A DNA stretch of 61,432 bases, filler included, from Catajapyx aquilonaris (taxonomy: Eukaryota), in the NCBI GenBank assembly GCA_000934665.2. It is 3 parts of 3 records of this genome, joined end to end, with 100 filler letters (N's around TTAATTAATTAA, not from the genome) between each part and the next. Parts side by side here need not be neighbours in the genome. Positions count along the whole stretch, not along the records: positions 1 to 20,406 come from JYFJ02006259.1; 2 more parts are not named here. One strand, written 5' to 3'. Below the pieces are notes generated by a model. That model worked only from the letters and a program-made list of their open reading frames with translations. It was not told the DNA's origin and did not search any database. Below are positions 1 through 12,955 of the stretch, piece after piece. The translations under genes and the position numbers were made by a program. The stretch's first letter is position 1; the number at the start of each line of letters is the position of its first letter.

Positions 1-3000
1 GTGAGCATCATACTTGTTCCTTTGTGCTGCTGCTACCGCAAGTTGTTTGGCAGGAGTTTTCAGCACAACAATAGGCTTCCTCATTATTGAGGTTTATTTT
101 TGATGATGATTCTAAGGCGAGATGCTATAGTTGTAGTATATAGGAGAGGAAAATACTGGTAATAATTGAGATTACCTCAACAGTGCAAAACTGCTGGAAC
201 GATTTGGGGCATTTGGTATGCCTTACGTCCGCGGTTTAATGTTACTTTAGGGTGGTTCCATTTCAGATCAGCCAGTGAGTGAAAAAAGGTGTTAGGTCAT
301 AGTCATCGATTTTTTTAAATATATATAATATATATATGTGAAGCCCACATCCAATTGAACTCTTATGGAGCAATCAGTTTTACGAGATTAAATTTAGTTA
401 TCGAGATATTAATATTTCTTTTAAGGGGTACCAAAATAACCTTCACGGGAAGGTGCACTTTTTCCATTGCTTTCAGTGAGTATATTTCAGGAACTGGTTT
501 GAAAACCAACATGATATTTTAAACTCGTGCTTTTGGAATAACACACTGTCACTTAATGCATAAATTTACCTTATTTAATGGTACAGTCACCTGCAAAACA
601 TTCTCCAATCTTGCATATTTTGGTCAAAATGCGCATATTTCGCAATTTATTACGCCGTTATGGTAAACGTGACGGTTGTGCTGATGACTGTAAAATTATT
701 TTAGTGCAGTATCAGATCCATTCCAAAAATCTGACTAGGATCAAAATTATGGAAATCTACCTCTGGTATTGCGGCATGCTGGCCACCCCTGGGTTATACC
801 GGCATGCTGGTCGACCTCGTTTTATACCGGCATGCCGCTTTAAGTGAGGTAATACAGTAGTAACTAATAAGCCATGCAAGTATAGCAAAGAGAGAGAGAG
901 GGGGGGGGAGAGAAAGAGAGACAGAGAGAGCTCAATACAAGCACTCATTTAGCCCCGTTGGTATTGCCTTTTTTTTAGAGACCATACATACAATTTTATG
1001 ACAGAAATATTATAATGACAACAATGAAACGTTGCAGTATGATTTCTTACCAATAGACCTGAGAAAGAGAACTCTGCTGAATAATACACAGTGTGCTTCA
1101 ACATTGCGATCACATTGGTATAGGTAAAATCTGCAGATGCTCATCACTCCTGTCAATTCATGCACCCATGGAATCATACACCATACTGTTGAAAAACTTA
1201 CATGGTGTTCATGGCAAGTGCATCACCGGCTATCGATTTAAACAAATTAACATAGTCACCTCAATTTGCACCCAAGTTGCGCAAATACTGGTTCAAGCAC
1301 TGTAGCTGGATAACAGTAATTATTCCTGATGCCAAATGATACTGAAAGTATGTCTCAGTAGTGCCTCATGCTATTTGATGACCACCGCTGGAATAACACC
1401 TGCCAGTGGCCCAGAGCCACGGTCAGTCTGCCTAAATGGCCACCTCCACATGGTTCCTCATTCTGCAATGATTTTTTCTACACCTCTTAGGTTCAGCCCT
1501 AATAACCCCAGATAAGCATGCAGGTTGTCAGAAATTCCCATACGCACTTTCTGAAACATTCAGGTGCTCCAAAGCTTGCATGAATCAGCCACATCAAAAG
1601 GATATGAGAGCAAGACGCCAATTTTCGAACTCCATTCGACATTTCGGTTCTCACGAGCTTGTGAACGCAGAAGCTGTTAAGGAATGTCTCGCATTCCTGA
1701 CTCCTAAGACTCAATTAATAATGGGAAAACCTTGCTTCCCCATCAATACTCTGTGTCTGAAGTTGCTGTTCAGCACCTCCTTCCTTATGTGGGAACTTTT
1801 GCCACCTTGTTTGGCAATACCCTGCAGGAGACCCAGACCAACACTGCCTACTACACTGTCCTTACCATGCTCAACTTCATTACCTACGTACATTGGAACA
1901 GATCATGTGGTGAGTGGTGTCTGCAACCAGTGCACAGTGTGTCCAAAGGCGTTAATGCTTGGACAAAAATGGCTACCATTCCGCGGGGATTTGTCAAGAA
2001 GGTCACGATATTCCTTGGATTCTCAAGATGAAAAGTTGTGAATTTCACAAGTTTCTCTTCGAATGACACACCAAACGAACAACTAGACTCCCCTGTTATA
2101 GATTCACTTAGTTTTAAGTGCACATATAATTGCAATGCATAATAGCATGACAAATGCCGCCTCCTTTTCGGGAAAAATGTGGCATTATGTGGTATTGAAA
2201 CAAAGTGAGTCTATAACTAGGGAGTGTAGTCTTTCATTTAATGTGTGATAAGAAATGAAATATTGTGAAATCCGTTACTTTTGGTCTTTGAAATCAAATC
2301 AATGAATGACCAAATACGCTTGATGGAGGCCTCAACAAAGGAGCGCCTGGCACCGTCATTTCAAGGTCACATTCAAATTGCTACGTGAGAGTACGTAGTA
2401 CTTAGCCAGAGGTATTTTATGCACAGCTTAAAATCCAGATGAGCCTGAATTTGGAAATGCGGTGACCTTTCTTCCATGACCATTCGAAGCCGACTGAATA
2501 GACATAAAAAGGTGGCAGGCTAACACTAGACTTGGGTACTTGCCTGGCATAAAACTCATCTCAATTGAAGCTACCAAAGGTTTTTTTAAAAATTGTTCAG
2601 ACATTAATTTCTTACATTAGGGCAGATTTGACACGACTCTGCCAACATGGTTTTACCATTTTTGTCCAAGTGTTCTAGCGTTTGAACACACTGCAGTGTT
2701 ACAATTTGTCTTATGAAAAAAGTACATCATTACATCTGTTTTTAAAAAATTATACAAATTAATATTTCTAGAAGTACAGTTTGTACCATTATGTGTTAGT
2801 AAAAAAAATGTAATGAAAATTAGAGCCTCGTAGATATAATAAATTCTTCAAAGGCCTGTTGCATCTATGTGATGATCACTTCAATTTATTTTTTCCATAC
2901 CATTTTCATTTAAATAAATGGCAGCTCTATAAGATTAGGTGGTCCATTTGCTCATTTTTTTCCTAATTTTGCTCCTTCTAGAAAGTGTTCCAGCCCCTTC

Positions 3001-5117
3001 TCCCAATGGCGATAATTGTAATTCGTCACCTGCTGACAACAGACGAGGAGAAAGCAGGACGTGCCATGGAAATATTTGGGGAGCTAGTCGATTCAGAAGT
3101 GGCTGCAATACTTCCCCACCTGCTTCCCACGCTGGAATTGACATTGGAAGTGGCTGGTAGCTCGCATCTGGGCACTGGACTGAGGGCCAGGGCCATGGAG
3201 GTCTTATGCTCCCTCACCCGTCAAAAGAGAAAAGCTATGGTGAAGCTTGGTGTTGTGAGCACGATATTGGATGTGCTATTTCCAATTTTGTGCTCTCCGT
3301 CAGATGATGATGATGGTGACTCACGGATGGGTGGAGGAGATGAGGACTCATGCACCCCTCATCATTCGGCAGCACAAACTTTGGATATACTTGCCTTCAA
3401 TCTGCCACCAGATCAGCTTATTCCGCCGCTGGTATGTATAACTTTGTAGCAGTATGAAAGCAAGCCTAAGTTTGTAACCTGGTGCCATCTCCTGCTCATT
3501 TCCACAGCTGCTGCATGTGGAACCAGCCTTGAAGAGTGAGAACCCATTGGAGCGCAAAGCTGGATACGCCTCTCTTGCTGTTGTGGCTGCAGGGTGCAGC
3601 GACTACATCAGGACACGATATCTGCAATCCTTCCTCCAGTGTGTGTGCGTAGGAATCCGTGATCCCCAACGATTGGTGCGAAACTCGGCCCTCTTTGCTC
3701 TGGGACTGTTTGCAGGATTCTTCAGCCTGAGTTCACTCAGTTTTCTGCTGAGCTACTCCCTCTTCCTTTGGAATATCTTGCCCAACTGTGTGAGCCGGTA
3801 GGACTGGACTCCTCTGTTTACTGACAGCCCAGCAATAAACCAGTTTAACATGCAATATGTTCTCTGTACTCAGGTGGAGCGTGGGAGTGGGAAGGAGCCA
3901 TCTAGTGCCAACCGCATCTTCTTTGCATTGGAGAGGTTTTGCGAGTACCTGGAAGACGGCCTGCTTTCCTACCTTCCTGCCCTCATGGATAGGCTGTTTG
4001 CCATGCAGGGACCAAAGTACTCTGTGAAAGTTAAGGAACTGACCATGTCAGCCATGGGGGCAGCAGCTGGCGCAGTCAAGGAAGCCATCATGCCCTATTT
4101 TCCAAGGATCATGGAGCAGCTCAAGGTTTACCTCACCCAGCCACAGGAGGAGGAGACCATGTTCCTTCAAGTGCAGGCTTTGGGTTAGAGAAATTCCAGA
4201 ATTATTCAGATGACTTCACTTGACCTATACGGGAAGTCGACTGAGGACTGGTTTTACGGGTGCAAATTGGAAGAAAATCTCAAATCATTCTGGATGCTCT
4301 ATTGTGAATAGCTGTACATCACTGGAGATTCTTTCATCAGTTGCTTTCATATAACCAGCCCTTAGTGACTGCCAGTTTTAAATGCTTTTAACGTGTCTTC
4401 TACAAGTCTTCTCTCTATTCTGCAGGCACGTTAGGTGTCCTGGCACGCTCAGTGGGTCAGAGCAACTTTGCTCCTCTGGCTGCAGAGTGCATCGTCCTAG
4501 TCTTTAATCTTATTGACAACAAGGACGACCCAGACCTCCGTAAATGCGTGTGCGGGCTGTTTGCCTCAGTGGCCACAATCCTGCAAGAAGGGATGTCTCC
4601 ATACCTACCCCGTATTGTGACTGGTTATGGGGGCAGTGAAGAGTACTGATGGGGTTGTGCCGCATTACAAGCATGAAGGTAATGAGGGTGCTGCTGGCTT
4701 TTCCCTGACTGATGACCTGAGTGACGAGGAAGAAGAGGACATGAAGGAGTCCGAAAATGGAGATGAAGAGGAGGAGGAGGAGGATGTGACTGGGTTTTGC
4801 ATTAAAAATGCATATGTATTGGAGAAAGAAGAGGCGTGCCTGGTCCTGAAGGAGTTGGCCTCTCATTCTGGACCTGCCTTCTGGCAATACCTTCCTGAAT
4901 GTTTCCAGGTATATTGGAAGTACAGAACCAGCTGTTGTGAGTAAAGCATTGTACTAATGATGTCATGCTTGTGCAGGAGCTATTGAAGCTAGTGAACTAT
5001 CCTCAGTATTGTGTTAGAAATGCCTCCATTGAAGCCTTGGCCCAGGTGCTGGTGAGCACCCATCAAGCTGGGACACCTGAAGCTCTGGGAATTCTGGGCA
5101 CACAGCGAGCTATATTT

Positions 5118-5374
5118 GAGTCGTGGCGTTTCAAACATGGCTATCTTCAAAATGAGAATTTTGAGATGTCCACCCCATCTGCTGGCTAGAGTGGAACTAC
5201 ATTAGTTCCTGAAGTAGCAGTAACAAAAAAATGACCATCTTCACATCATTCTGCTGCGGCGAAAATCGTTGTAATTTCAGAAGGTAGCTATCTTCGGGAG
5301 CATGGTAGGAAATAAAAGTGACTACTGAAAAGTTGAGCCAGTTGAAGATAGCCATTTTTGAAACGCCACGACTC
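5118..5374. mobile_element. Sola-like MITE inserted in an importin-4 exon
   Basis: TIRs GAGTCGTGGCGTTTCAAACATGGCTATCTTCAA / TTGAAGATAGCCATTTTTGAAACGCCACGACTC (1 mismatch) with a 4-bp TSD ATTT (5114-5117, 5375-5378). Removing it restores the frame ...QRAIFVPKMAEVV. Confidence 0.85.
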
Positions 5375-6215
5375 ATTTGTACCCAAGATGGCTGAGGTAG
5401 TGCACGTTGACCAGGAGAGGATTGTGGTCATGGCTGCACTTGACGCTTATGCAGCGGTGCTCAAGGGTGCTGGTAGAAAGGTGTTGGTTGGGGAGGGGCA
5501 CCTTCCAACCATTATCAGCTGTGTTAAGGATGTCCTGAGGAACAAGGTGGGTTTTCTGAGAACCACTTGATTGAATGCAACCAGTGCAAATTAAGGACTC
5601 TATCATGTAATGTTTCACATGAAGGCATCATTTACAGTAACTTGATATGTGAATACTAAATCTAGGTTGTATTACATAGGATAAATATTCTCTGTAATGC
5701 AATTTCTGTACCTTTTAGAACTGTTTGATTTGTGGTTATTGCAGACTGAGTGCCGGGATTTGGCTGAAGATCAGGATGGCGATTTAGAGGAGGAGCAGGC
5801 TGAGCATGACGAGATAATAATGCAGTATGCAGGCGAGATTGTGGCACCTTTTGGAAAGGCCATGGGGAGGGAACAGTTTGCACTGTGCTTCTCAGAATTT
5901 CTGCCTATATTTGTGGCCAAGACGGTCAGTGTTACTCTCGATACCTCTGATCAACTCATTTTTGTGTGCTTGAGAATATTTAATTTTTTTCCCCCCTTCA
6001 AAACAGAAAAAGGAGTGCTCCAATTCTGACAAGTTCTTCAACGTGGGATTCCTTGCTGAGTGTCTGGATCCATTGGGCCCTACGATTGCCAATTTTACTG
6101 ACAGCTTTCTGTCGGTCTTCTACAATGCCACTTTGGATGAGGATGTGGATGTCCGAAACATTGGTGTCTGGGGTATTGGAGAGCTAGTCTCTCATGGGAA
6201 GGAGGCAATCTACTC

Positions 6216-6408
6216 GTATCCTTTGACTCATGCAAAAACATTATTGAGGTTGCCCCTATTCCTAGTATTGATGACCATCACAAGCAGCTCACCAAAGTCA
6301 CATCGTTACAGGTGTTGTGAGGGTTTATAAATTTTTTGCACTTCCCAACCCTTCTTACCTTGATGTAGATAACTGGAATTATACAATCCTTAACTGATGT
6401 GCTAAAAG
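6216..6408 (+). other. U12-type (minor spliceosome) GT-AG intron
   Basis: 5' site GTATCCTTT (6216-6224); branch TCCTTAAC (6387-6394) ~15 nt before the AG at 6408; no polypyrimidine tract. Splicing keeps the importin frame (IYS/EYSNILELLGK). Confidence 0.85.
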
Positions 6409-7427
6409 AGAGTACAGCAACATCCTAGAGTTGTTAGGAAAGTGCCTGCATGAGGAGAAATCACCGCGAATGATTGACAGTTCATGCGGGGCTGTAGCTA
6501 AGGTACTTCTGAGCAACTCATCTCTGGTCCCTGTGGATCAGGTGCTTCCTGTACTCCTCCGAAACATGCCCCTGAAGGATGACTTTGATGAGAACAAGCC
6601 CGTGTTCTTCTGCCTTTCCTACCTGTATGAGCTGGGACACCCCACACTCAGAGAGCACCTCAAGGATGTCCTCATTGCAGCAGCCGTTGCTCTTACTAAG
6701 CAGAATCCTCCCGATGGTGAGTTATGATGTACACATTGCAGCAATGCAGGAAAGCAAGTTCCTACAAGCATGGTTAATCAGGCAGTGACTGTTGTAAGCT
6801 GAGTTGCCACCTGGGATATGTGGTGGGAAAATGTCCCATGCTGACATCATAGACCTGAATGGAATAACCCCCATTTGACTCTGTGCTTTAAATGTTGTTT
6901 GGTTGACTGTTTACCAAAGAGGGATGCTGGGTTGGGAGAATGAGGGTACAGTACATGTAACCTTGCTTGTAGTCATGAGTATTCCTTTCCATTTCAGAAA
7001 CTCTTAAGATGATGGAGAATCTCCTGAAGAACTCAGCCAAAGACTTTCCAGAGGAGTTCCAAAACTTTTTGAATAGCCTCCCGGTAGAGAGCGTGGATAA
7101 AGTCAAGCAACTTCTGTGAGATTTTCCTAACGTGATGTGCACAGTGTCCCCGTCCCCATCGACCTATTGTTGGCTTCACCCTGCGTGGTGCCTTAAACCC
7201 CTAGTTGATTTTTTAATTATTCAACAATACATGTAAACACCTTTTAGAAAAATTCCGATGAGTGATTCAGCAAAGGTTACTGAGACAATCATGTGGTTGT
7301 TGCAGTATTTTCCATGTCTAGTAAAATGATTCAAAACAAGAAACAGCTTGTGAGCATACATGAAAAATCCAATAAGCCTTAGAAACCAGTTTTGAGGTAA
7401 TCTAGAGCAGTGAAAGACAATTGCTAG

Positions 7428-7625
<198 letters not shown>

Positions 7626-8819
7626 TAATATTCAGGGTTATCCGTTTTAGCAGGGATAATAATTATTCAAAATATGTAGTAATCATAATCAACACATAAG
7701 CCTTACCAAGTTGAAATTCTGCCAGTTTGGTGAGGTAAGATGAGAGATTCATGCACTGTACGGTTGCAGCCCCGATTGTCCAGAAGAGGTGGAGACAACA
7801 ATTTGGAAGGAGATGCCGAACACGTGTTGCATCATTCCAGAGCCAGGCGAGGGCAGAGGATGACACCTGAGTGCGACGGCGGTCAAGAAGACTGACATCC
7901 TGGTCAGCAGTCAGCTGTATGAGTGGTGTCATGGATTACTGCGAAGATCAGATGTACCAGCCTCCTGATCACATCCGGTCACATCCGATGCTGAGGATGT
8001 GTAGCAGTCAAGCAGTTCACACAGGTAGTACGTTGTGTAATGGATCGACGGTGGTAGGCCAGCAGGTGAACGACGAAGAAGGTCGGAGTGATTAGCGGGA
8101 CGGATGCAGTTACAGTGCTTCCAGCCTAACTTCTCAAAAAGATATAGGCATGCAGGTCCCTGCAAGGGGGGGGGGGGGCGCAGATGGCTACCCGAAGGCT
8201 GGACTTATCCTACCAGCTGACAGAAACTTATTACTGGGCAATCCCAATGGCGTCTTAACACATTAGGGGACTCTGATGGGCCCAATCATTTCTGGAGGCC
8301 CCTTTTCGATACTGACTTTTAATTTCCAAATTTTGACAATAATAATTAGCCAATTTGGGGGCCCTCTTTGGGTTGGGGACTCTGGGCCATATAACATTCA
8401 ATACTGGCTTTTAAATGTCAAATTTTTTCTAATGCAAATTCGCCAATTTGGGGCCCCCTGTTTCGTTCCGGGGCCTGGGCCCTATTTATTGACCCATTTG
8501 TGAAAACGGTACGACCGATGCCTTCACCCCGTTCCATGTGACAGGATTCTATTAGACTTGCCGAAACACACTGATTCTCTCCCCCTGAAAATACGACCAC
8601 TCAAGATGTGGGAAAAATGCATACAAACAGGGTGTTTGAAAGTTGCCTACATACAGTACTGTACTTGCATAAAGGGGAACCTAGACGAAATTTTGAAACA
8701 GCCTTAAAATGGGCCCTTTGCGAATATTGTTTTCGGTTAGTGGTCAAACCCCAACGAACATAATTATGTACACTACATGAAAAGACGGAGGAAGACGAGG
8801 AGAATGCAACTAGTGTATA

Positions 8820-11161
8820 TGTTAGGCTCAAACCCCGACAACGGCCATTGCGTGAAAAAAACCGTCCATTCTGCAGAGTGATCTGTGCCAAACCATCCAT
8901 TCTGCCGAATGCTCCATGTCAAATCGTCCATTCTGCAGAATGCTCATTGTCCAACCATCCATTCTGCAGAATGGACGGTTTGACATGGAGCATTGTGCAG
9001 AATGGATGTTTAAACAGTTTTAAACCGTTCATTCTGCAGAATGGACGGTTTAATGAAACAGCCAGAGCCCGAAATGCTCTTTTTAAGGCCAGAACGCTTT
9101 CCTGGGCGAAACTTACACGTCAGGACGCCAATTTCGTGTCGAGATGGCTGGTTTAGAAGACGCCCATTTATAACTCATTGTGGCAGTTTCCTATTTCCCA
9201 CTGTGCCATGTAGAAGCTGGAAATAAATCACCCTATTGTTGTTTGGAAAATGGTTGAAATACTTAACATTTGATGCTGCTGTTTATTTTCCAGGAACTAT
9301 TACCTCCAAATATTTATTACCATTATTACTAGTACATCATTTCCAAGAATGGTGTTACCTCCAAATATTTGATACCATTATTACTAGTACATCATTTTCC
9401 AGGAACTCCTATCCTTCAATTATTAGTCTATTTGTTTTTGCAGGCACTGTTCGGATGACACTTAGAATTGCACTGAATATTGCTTGATCGACATTTACAT
9501 TTCTTATCAATGCAGTACTTTTTGCAACTGCAACTTATGAATCCCTGCTTACTACCTGAACTTAGAGCTGAAGCCGATCGAAGTGATACAGAACTGGTGG
9601 AAGGAACTTCGTTCAGATCTATAAAATTGGAATCAGCAGGTGTGAACTCATTGCAAGCATACAGCCTCTCTAAAATGCCTTCTTTCGTGCTCAATTGGTA
9701 GAGCCCAGATTCATTAACGTCGACAACAACCGCTAGCACATTCCTAGGAGCCAAACGTCCTCGATCGACTTCAGGTACCCTAACCACGACGTTTCTCCCT
9801 ATGTCGACAGGGGAAAGCCTTGAGTTGGACAGAGAAATCATTTGCTCAGCTTGTTTTTTCTGATTGAATCTTGCACCTTGACGCTTACTCTTTATACTCT
9901 CTTTCCTTAAACACAGGTTGCAAGTGATTTTTAATTATGCTCCTCATGGCAACTTCGGGGGAGGCATTTCCCAGGGAAATGCCTCCCCCGAAGTTGCCAT
10001 GAGGAGCATAATTATATCGTTTCAAAACGCAACTTACCCACCGAGTAAACAATTTGAGTTAGAGGTGGCAGCACCTTCATTGCCTGTCTCTCCACAGCAT
10101 GTGATAACATGCTTATGCCTAAACGCAACAAATGCCCCTTAAAAGGCCGCGTGAAAAGTGCTACCTGTTTCAAAACAGCAACTTGTCCATCACTGCAGGA
10201 AGTTTGTCCTCCCTCCTGAAAATTAAAAGGTAGTGGAAAGTTCGAGGGAGCAGGGATTCGTAAGTCGCAGTTGCAAAAAGTACTACATTGATAAGAAATG
10301 TAAATGTCGTTCAAAGTAATACTAAATGTAATTCTGTGTGACTAAGTGTTAGAATGCTAGAGGCGGATTCCAAGGTCCCCTAAGTCCATATTTTTAAAAA
10401 ATGAGCTGAGGACATACGCAGTATATTGGTAGCTTATGGTACTCCCCACCTCCTCCTGAGGTCAGAATACACCAAATGTCTCCAGGTCCAAGCACGAAAA
10501 TCAGAGGATTTTTCCAAAGCCATATAAGCCCATATATACTTGATGACAACAAAAACTCAAATCTCAACAGGACACAAATGGACCTAGGACGCTAGGAGAC
10601 ATTGGAATCCCGCCTCTCCTGATGAAGGTATAAGAGTTCCTGGAAAATAAACAGCATCATCAAATGTTAAGTATTTCAACCATTTGCCAAACAACAATAG
10701 GGTGATTTATTTCCAGCTTCTACATGGCACAGTGGGAAACAGGAAACTGCCACAACGAGTTATGGGCGTCTTCTACACCAGCCGTCCCGACACGAAATTG
10801 GAGTCCTGACATGTAAGTTTCGCCCAGGAAAGCGTTCTGGCCTTAAAAAGAGCATTTCGGGCTCTGGCCGTTTCATTAAACCGTCCATTCTACAGAATGG
10901 ACGGTTTAAAACTGTTTAAAACATCCATTCTGCACAATGCTCCATGTCAAACCGTCCATTCCGCAGAATGGATGGTTGGACAATGAGCATTCTGCAGAAT
11001 GGACGGTTGGACAATGAGCATTCTGCAGAATGGACGGTTTGACATGGAGCATTCTGCAGAATGCGCCATCCATTCTGCAGAATGGATGGTTTGGCACAGA
11101 TCACTCTGCAGAATGGACGGTTTTTTCGCGCAATGGCCGTTTTCGGGGTTTGAGCCTAACA
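8820..11161. mobile_element. Non-autonomous Ginger2-like (KRBA2/SCAND3-type integrase) DNA transposon with long inverted arms
   Basis: Ends TGTTAGGCTCAAACCCCG...CGGGGTTTGAGCCTAACA with a TATA duplication (8816-8819, 11162-11165). Inverted arms of ~480 bp carry repeated CCGTCCATTCTGCAGAATGG motifs, and there is an internal transposase C-terminal fragment. Confidence 0.75.
9428..9920 (-). pseudogene. C-terminal fragment of a Ginger/KRBA2-like integrase (Cys-rich tail), catalytic core absent
   Basis: Frame reads CNLCLRKESIKSKRQGARFNQKKQAEQMISLSNSRL...VRVPEVDRGRLAPRNVLAVV...GFISCSCKKYCIDKKCKCRSSNIQCNSKCHPNSACKNK*, a pattern typical of KRBA2-like integrase C-termini. Confidence 0.75.
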
Positions 11162-11166
11162 TATAT

Positions 11167-12474
11167 GGGTGATTCTCCAAAAACTTACCAATACCATGTC
11201 CCAGCATAATAACTCAAAAATGGCTTGACTGAGAGAGTTGATTTTTTAAACATTTGGAAAAGCTGTTGACACCTAGCCATCCCCATGAAAACAAAGAAAA
11301 ATATTAAATTAAGTTTTACTGCAAAAAATGTCAAAGGGCCTAAAATAACTATTCTTGGCATGTCCCGATCTCATTTTAAAGCATGCTATATTTTCTTACA
11401 ATTTTATTATTAACATTAGACAAGTTTCAATACTACAATTAAATTGTACATAGTTTCAGGTATAAAACAACATTTTAAAAACGATTTATTCATTTCACAT
11501 GACCTTGCTGCATCACTCCAAAGTGTGTCCCGAGTTTTCCCGGAAATAAAAAGTTCACACTCCTGGCTCATTTTTCTGTCACAAAATAGCTTAAATATTT
11601 TGAAATAACTGTGATTTCACGGCATGAAGGGTCTTCTTGAACCCACAGAAATTTCCAGAGTCAACGTTTGTTCTGGACCGTGATATTAATCCTAATGCAT
11701 ATAAAGGCCATTCTTCTGGCTCCAAAACTCCCGGAAATAAAGAGTTCACACTCCTGGCTCATTTTTCTATGTCATAAAATAGCTTAAATGTTTTGAAATA
11801 ACTATGATTCCATAGCATGAAGGGTCTTCTTGAACCCACAGAAATTTCCAGAGTCAACGTTTGTTCTGGACCGTGATATTAATCCTAATCGACCCTAATG
11901 CATCCAAAGGTCAATTCTTCTGGCTCCCAAACTCCCGGAAATAAAATGTTCACACTCCTGGCTCATTTTTCTATGTCACAAAATAGTTTAAATGTTTTGA
12001 AATAACTCTGATTCCATGGCATGAAGGGTCTTCTTGAACCCACAGAAATGTCCAGAGTCAACGTTTGTTCTGGACCGTGATACTAATCCTAATGCATCCA
12101 AAGGTCATTTTTCTCCCGGAAATTAAAAGTTCACACTCCTGGCTCATTTTTCTATGTCACATAATAGCTTAAATGTTTTGAAATAACTGTGATTCCATGG
12201 AATGAAGGGTCTTCTTGAACCCACCGAAATCTCCATAGACAACGTTTGTTCTGGACCGTGATATTAATCCTATTGCATGCATAGGTCATTCTTCTGGCTC
12301 CCGAACTCCTGGAAATATTCACTCTCCTGGCATTAGAATATCAGAATTAGTTCTCCATATTTTTCCCTGATTTGTGACCTATAGAGTAAGTGAGAATTTT
12401 TCCAGATTTTTAAAACAAGTTTTGAAATTCATTAATTCTTGCTTTAGAAACGGTAAGTTTTTGGAGAATCACCC
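11167..12474. mobile_element. Sola-like MITE carrying an internal ~190-bp tandem array
   Basis: Perfect TIRs GGGTGATTCTCCAAAAACTTACC / GGTAAGTTTTTGGAGAATCACCC with an ATAT duplication on both sides. Confidence 0.75.
11540..12330 (+). repeat. Tandem repeat, ~190-bp unit, ~4 copies
   Basis: Unit CCGGAAATAAAA-GTTCACACTCCTGGCTCATTTTT...GAAGGGTCTTCTTGAACCCACAGAAA...GGACCGTGATATTAATCCTAATGCAT begins at ~11540, 11731, 11934 and 12116, with a partial copy at ~12309. Confidence 0.9.
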
Positions 12475-12955
12475 ATATACGTCGTAATTATAGCATTACT
12501 TGAATATGTAACCAGAAAAACTATGGCATTCCATCGGTCACATATCTCATAATTTGGGCCCCCTAAAATAAGTGATGAATCTGCAAAACATCCCTCATAT
12601 TTTCTCGCAAGCCATGCATATACCTGGTTTCAAATGGAACATAATATGAAACAGTATGTGGGTCACAACTCATGTCACCAAATATGACTGACGTTACGCA
12701 AACACATCACTAATTATTTGAGCCCAACTTCTTGGACATGTGACTGAGCATGCGACGAATAGAACGAATGGCACACGTTTTTCTGCTTACATTTTTGAGG
12801 AGAATGTATTAATTTCATAGTTGCATTTTTCTAGTCTTCTTTACTTCATTTGATATTGTAACCGTAGCAGGTACGAAAGACACCAGTGGGTTCTATGCTC
12901 AGTACAGATATTTATTTACGTACGAGAGTACAGAAACATAAGGAGAAAAAGTGGA

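Larger units (their letters stand above)
1750..7119 (+). pseudogene. IPO4: Importin-4 (karyopherin-beta, HEAT-repeat) unprocessed pseudogene, 5'-truncated
   Basis: Exons ~1750-1909, 2982-3431, 3508-3797, 3874-4183, 4426-4908, 4977-5546 (split by a MITE), 5745-5924, 6007-6215, 6409-6716 and 6998-7119(TGA) have GT..AG boundaries with matching phases. Motifs ERKAGYASLAVVAAGCSDYIR, VRNSALFALG, DDPDLRKCVCGLFAS, the acidic loop, LEKEEACL and PLKDDFDEN match importin-4. Disablements: frameshifts at ~1885-1891, ~3716-3722 and ~4622-4627, a MITE at 5118-5374, and no recognisable N-terminal exons. Confidence 0.85.

Noticed and set aside
1..84. Minus-strand MRKPIVVLKTPAKQLAVAAAQR, faintly like a histone H3 tail
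   Set aside because: Too short, cut by the window edge, and similarity too weak to support.
11540..12330. Regular repeats (also 8860-9050 and 10880-11120) considered as a CRISPR-like array
   Set aside because: Units are contiguous with no unique spacers, lie inside transposon TIRs, and the DNA is eukaryotic.
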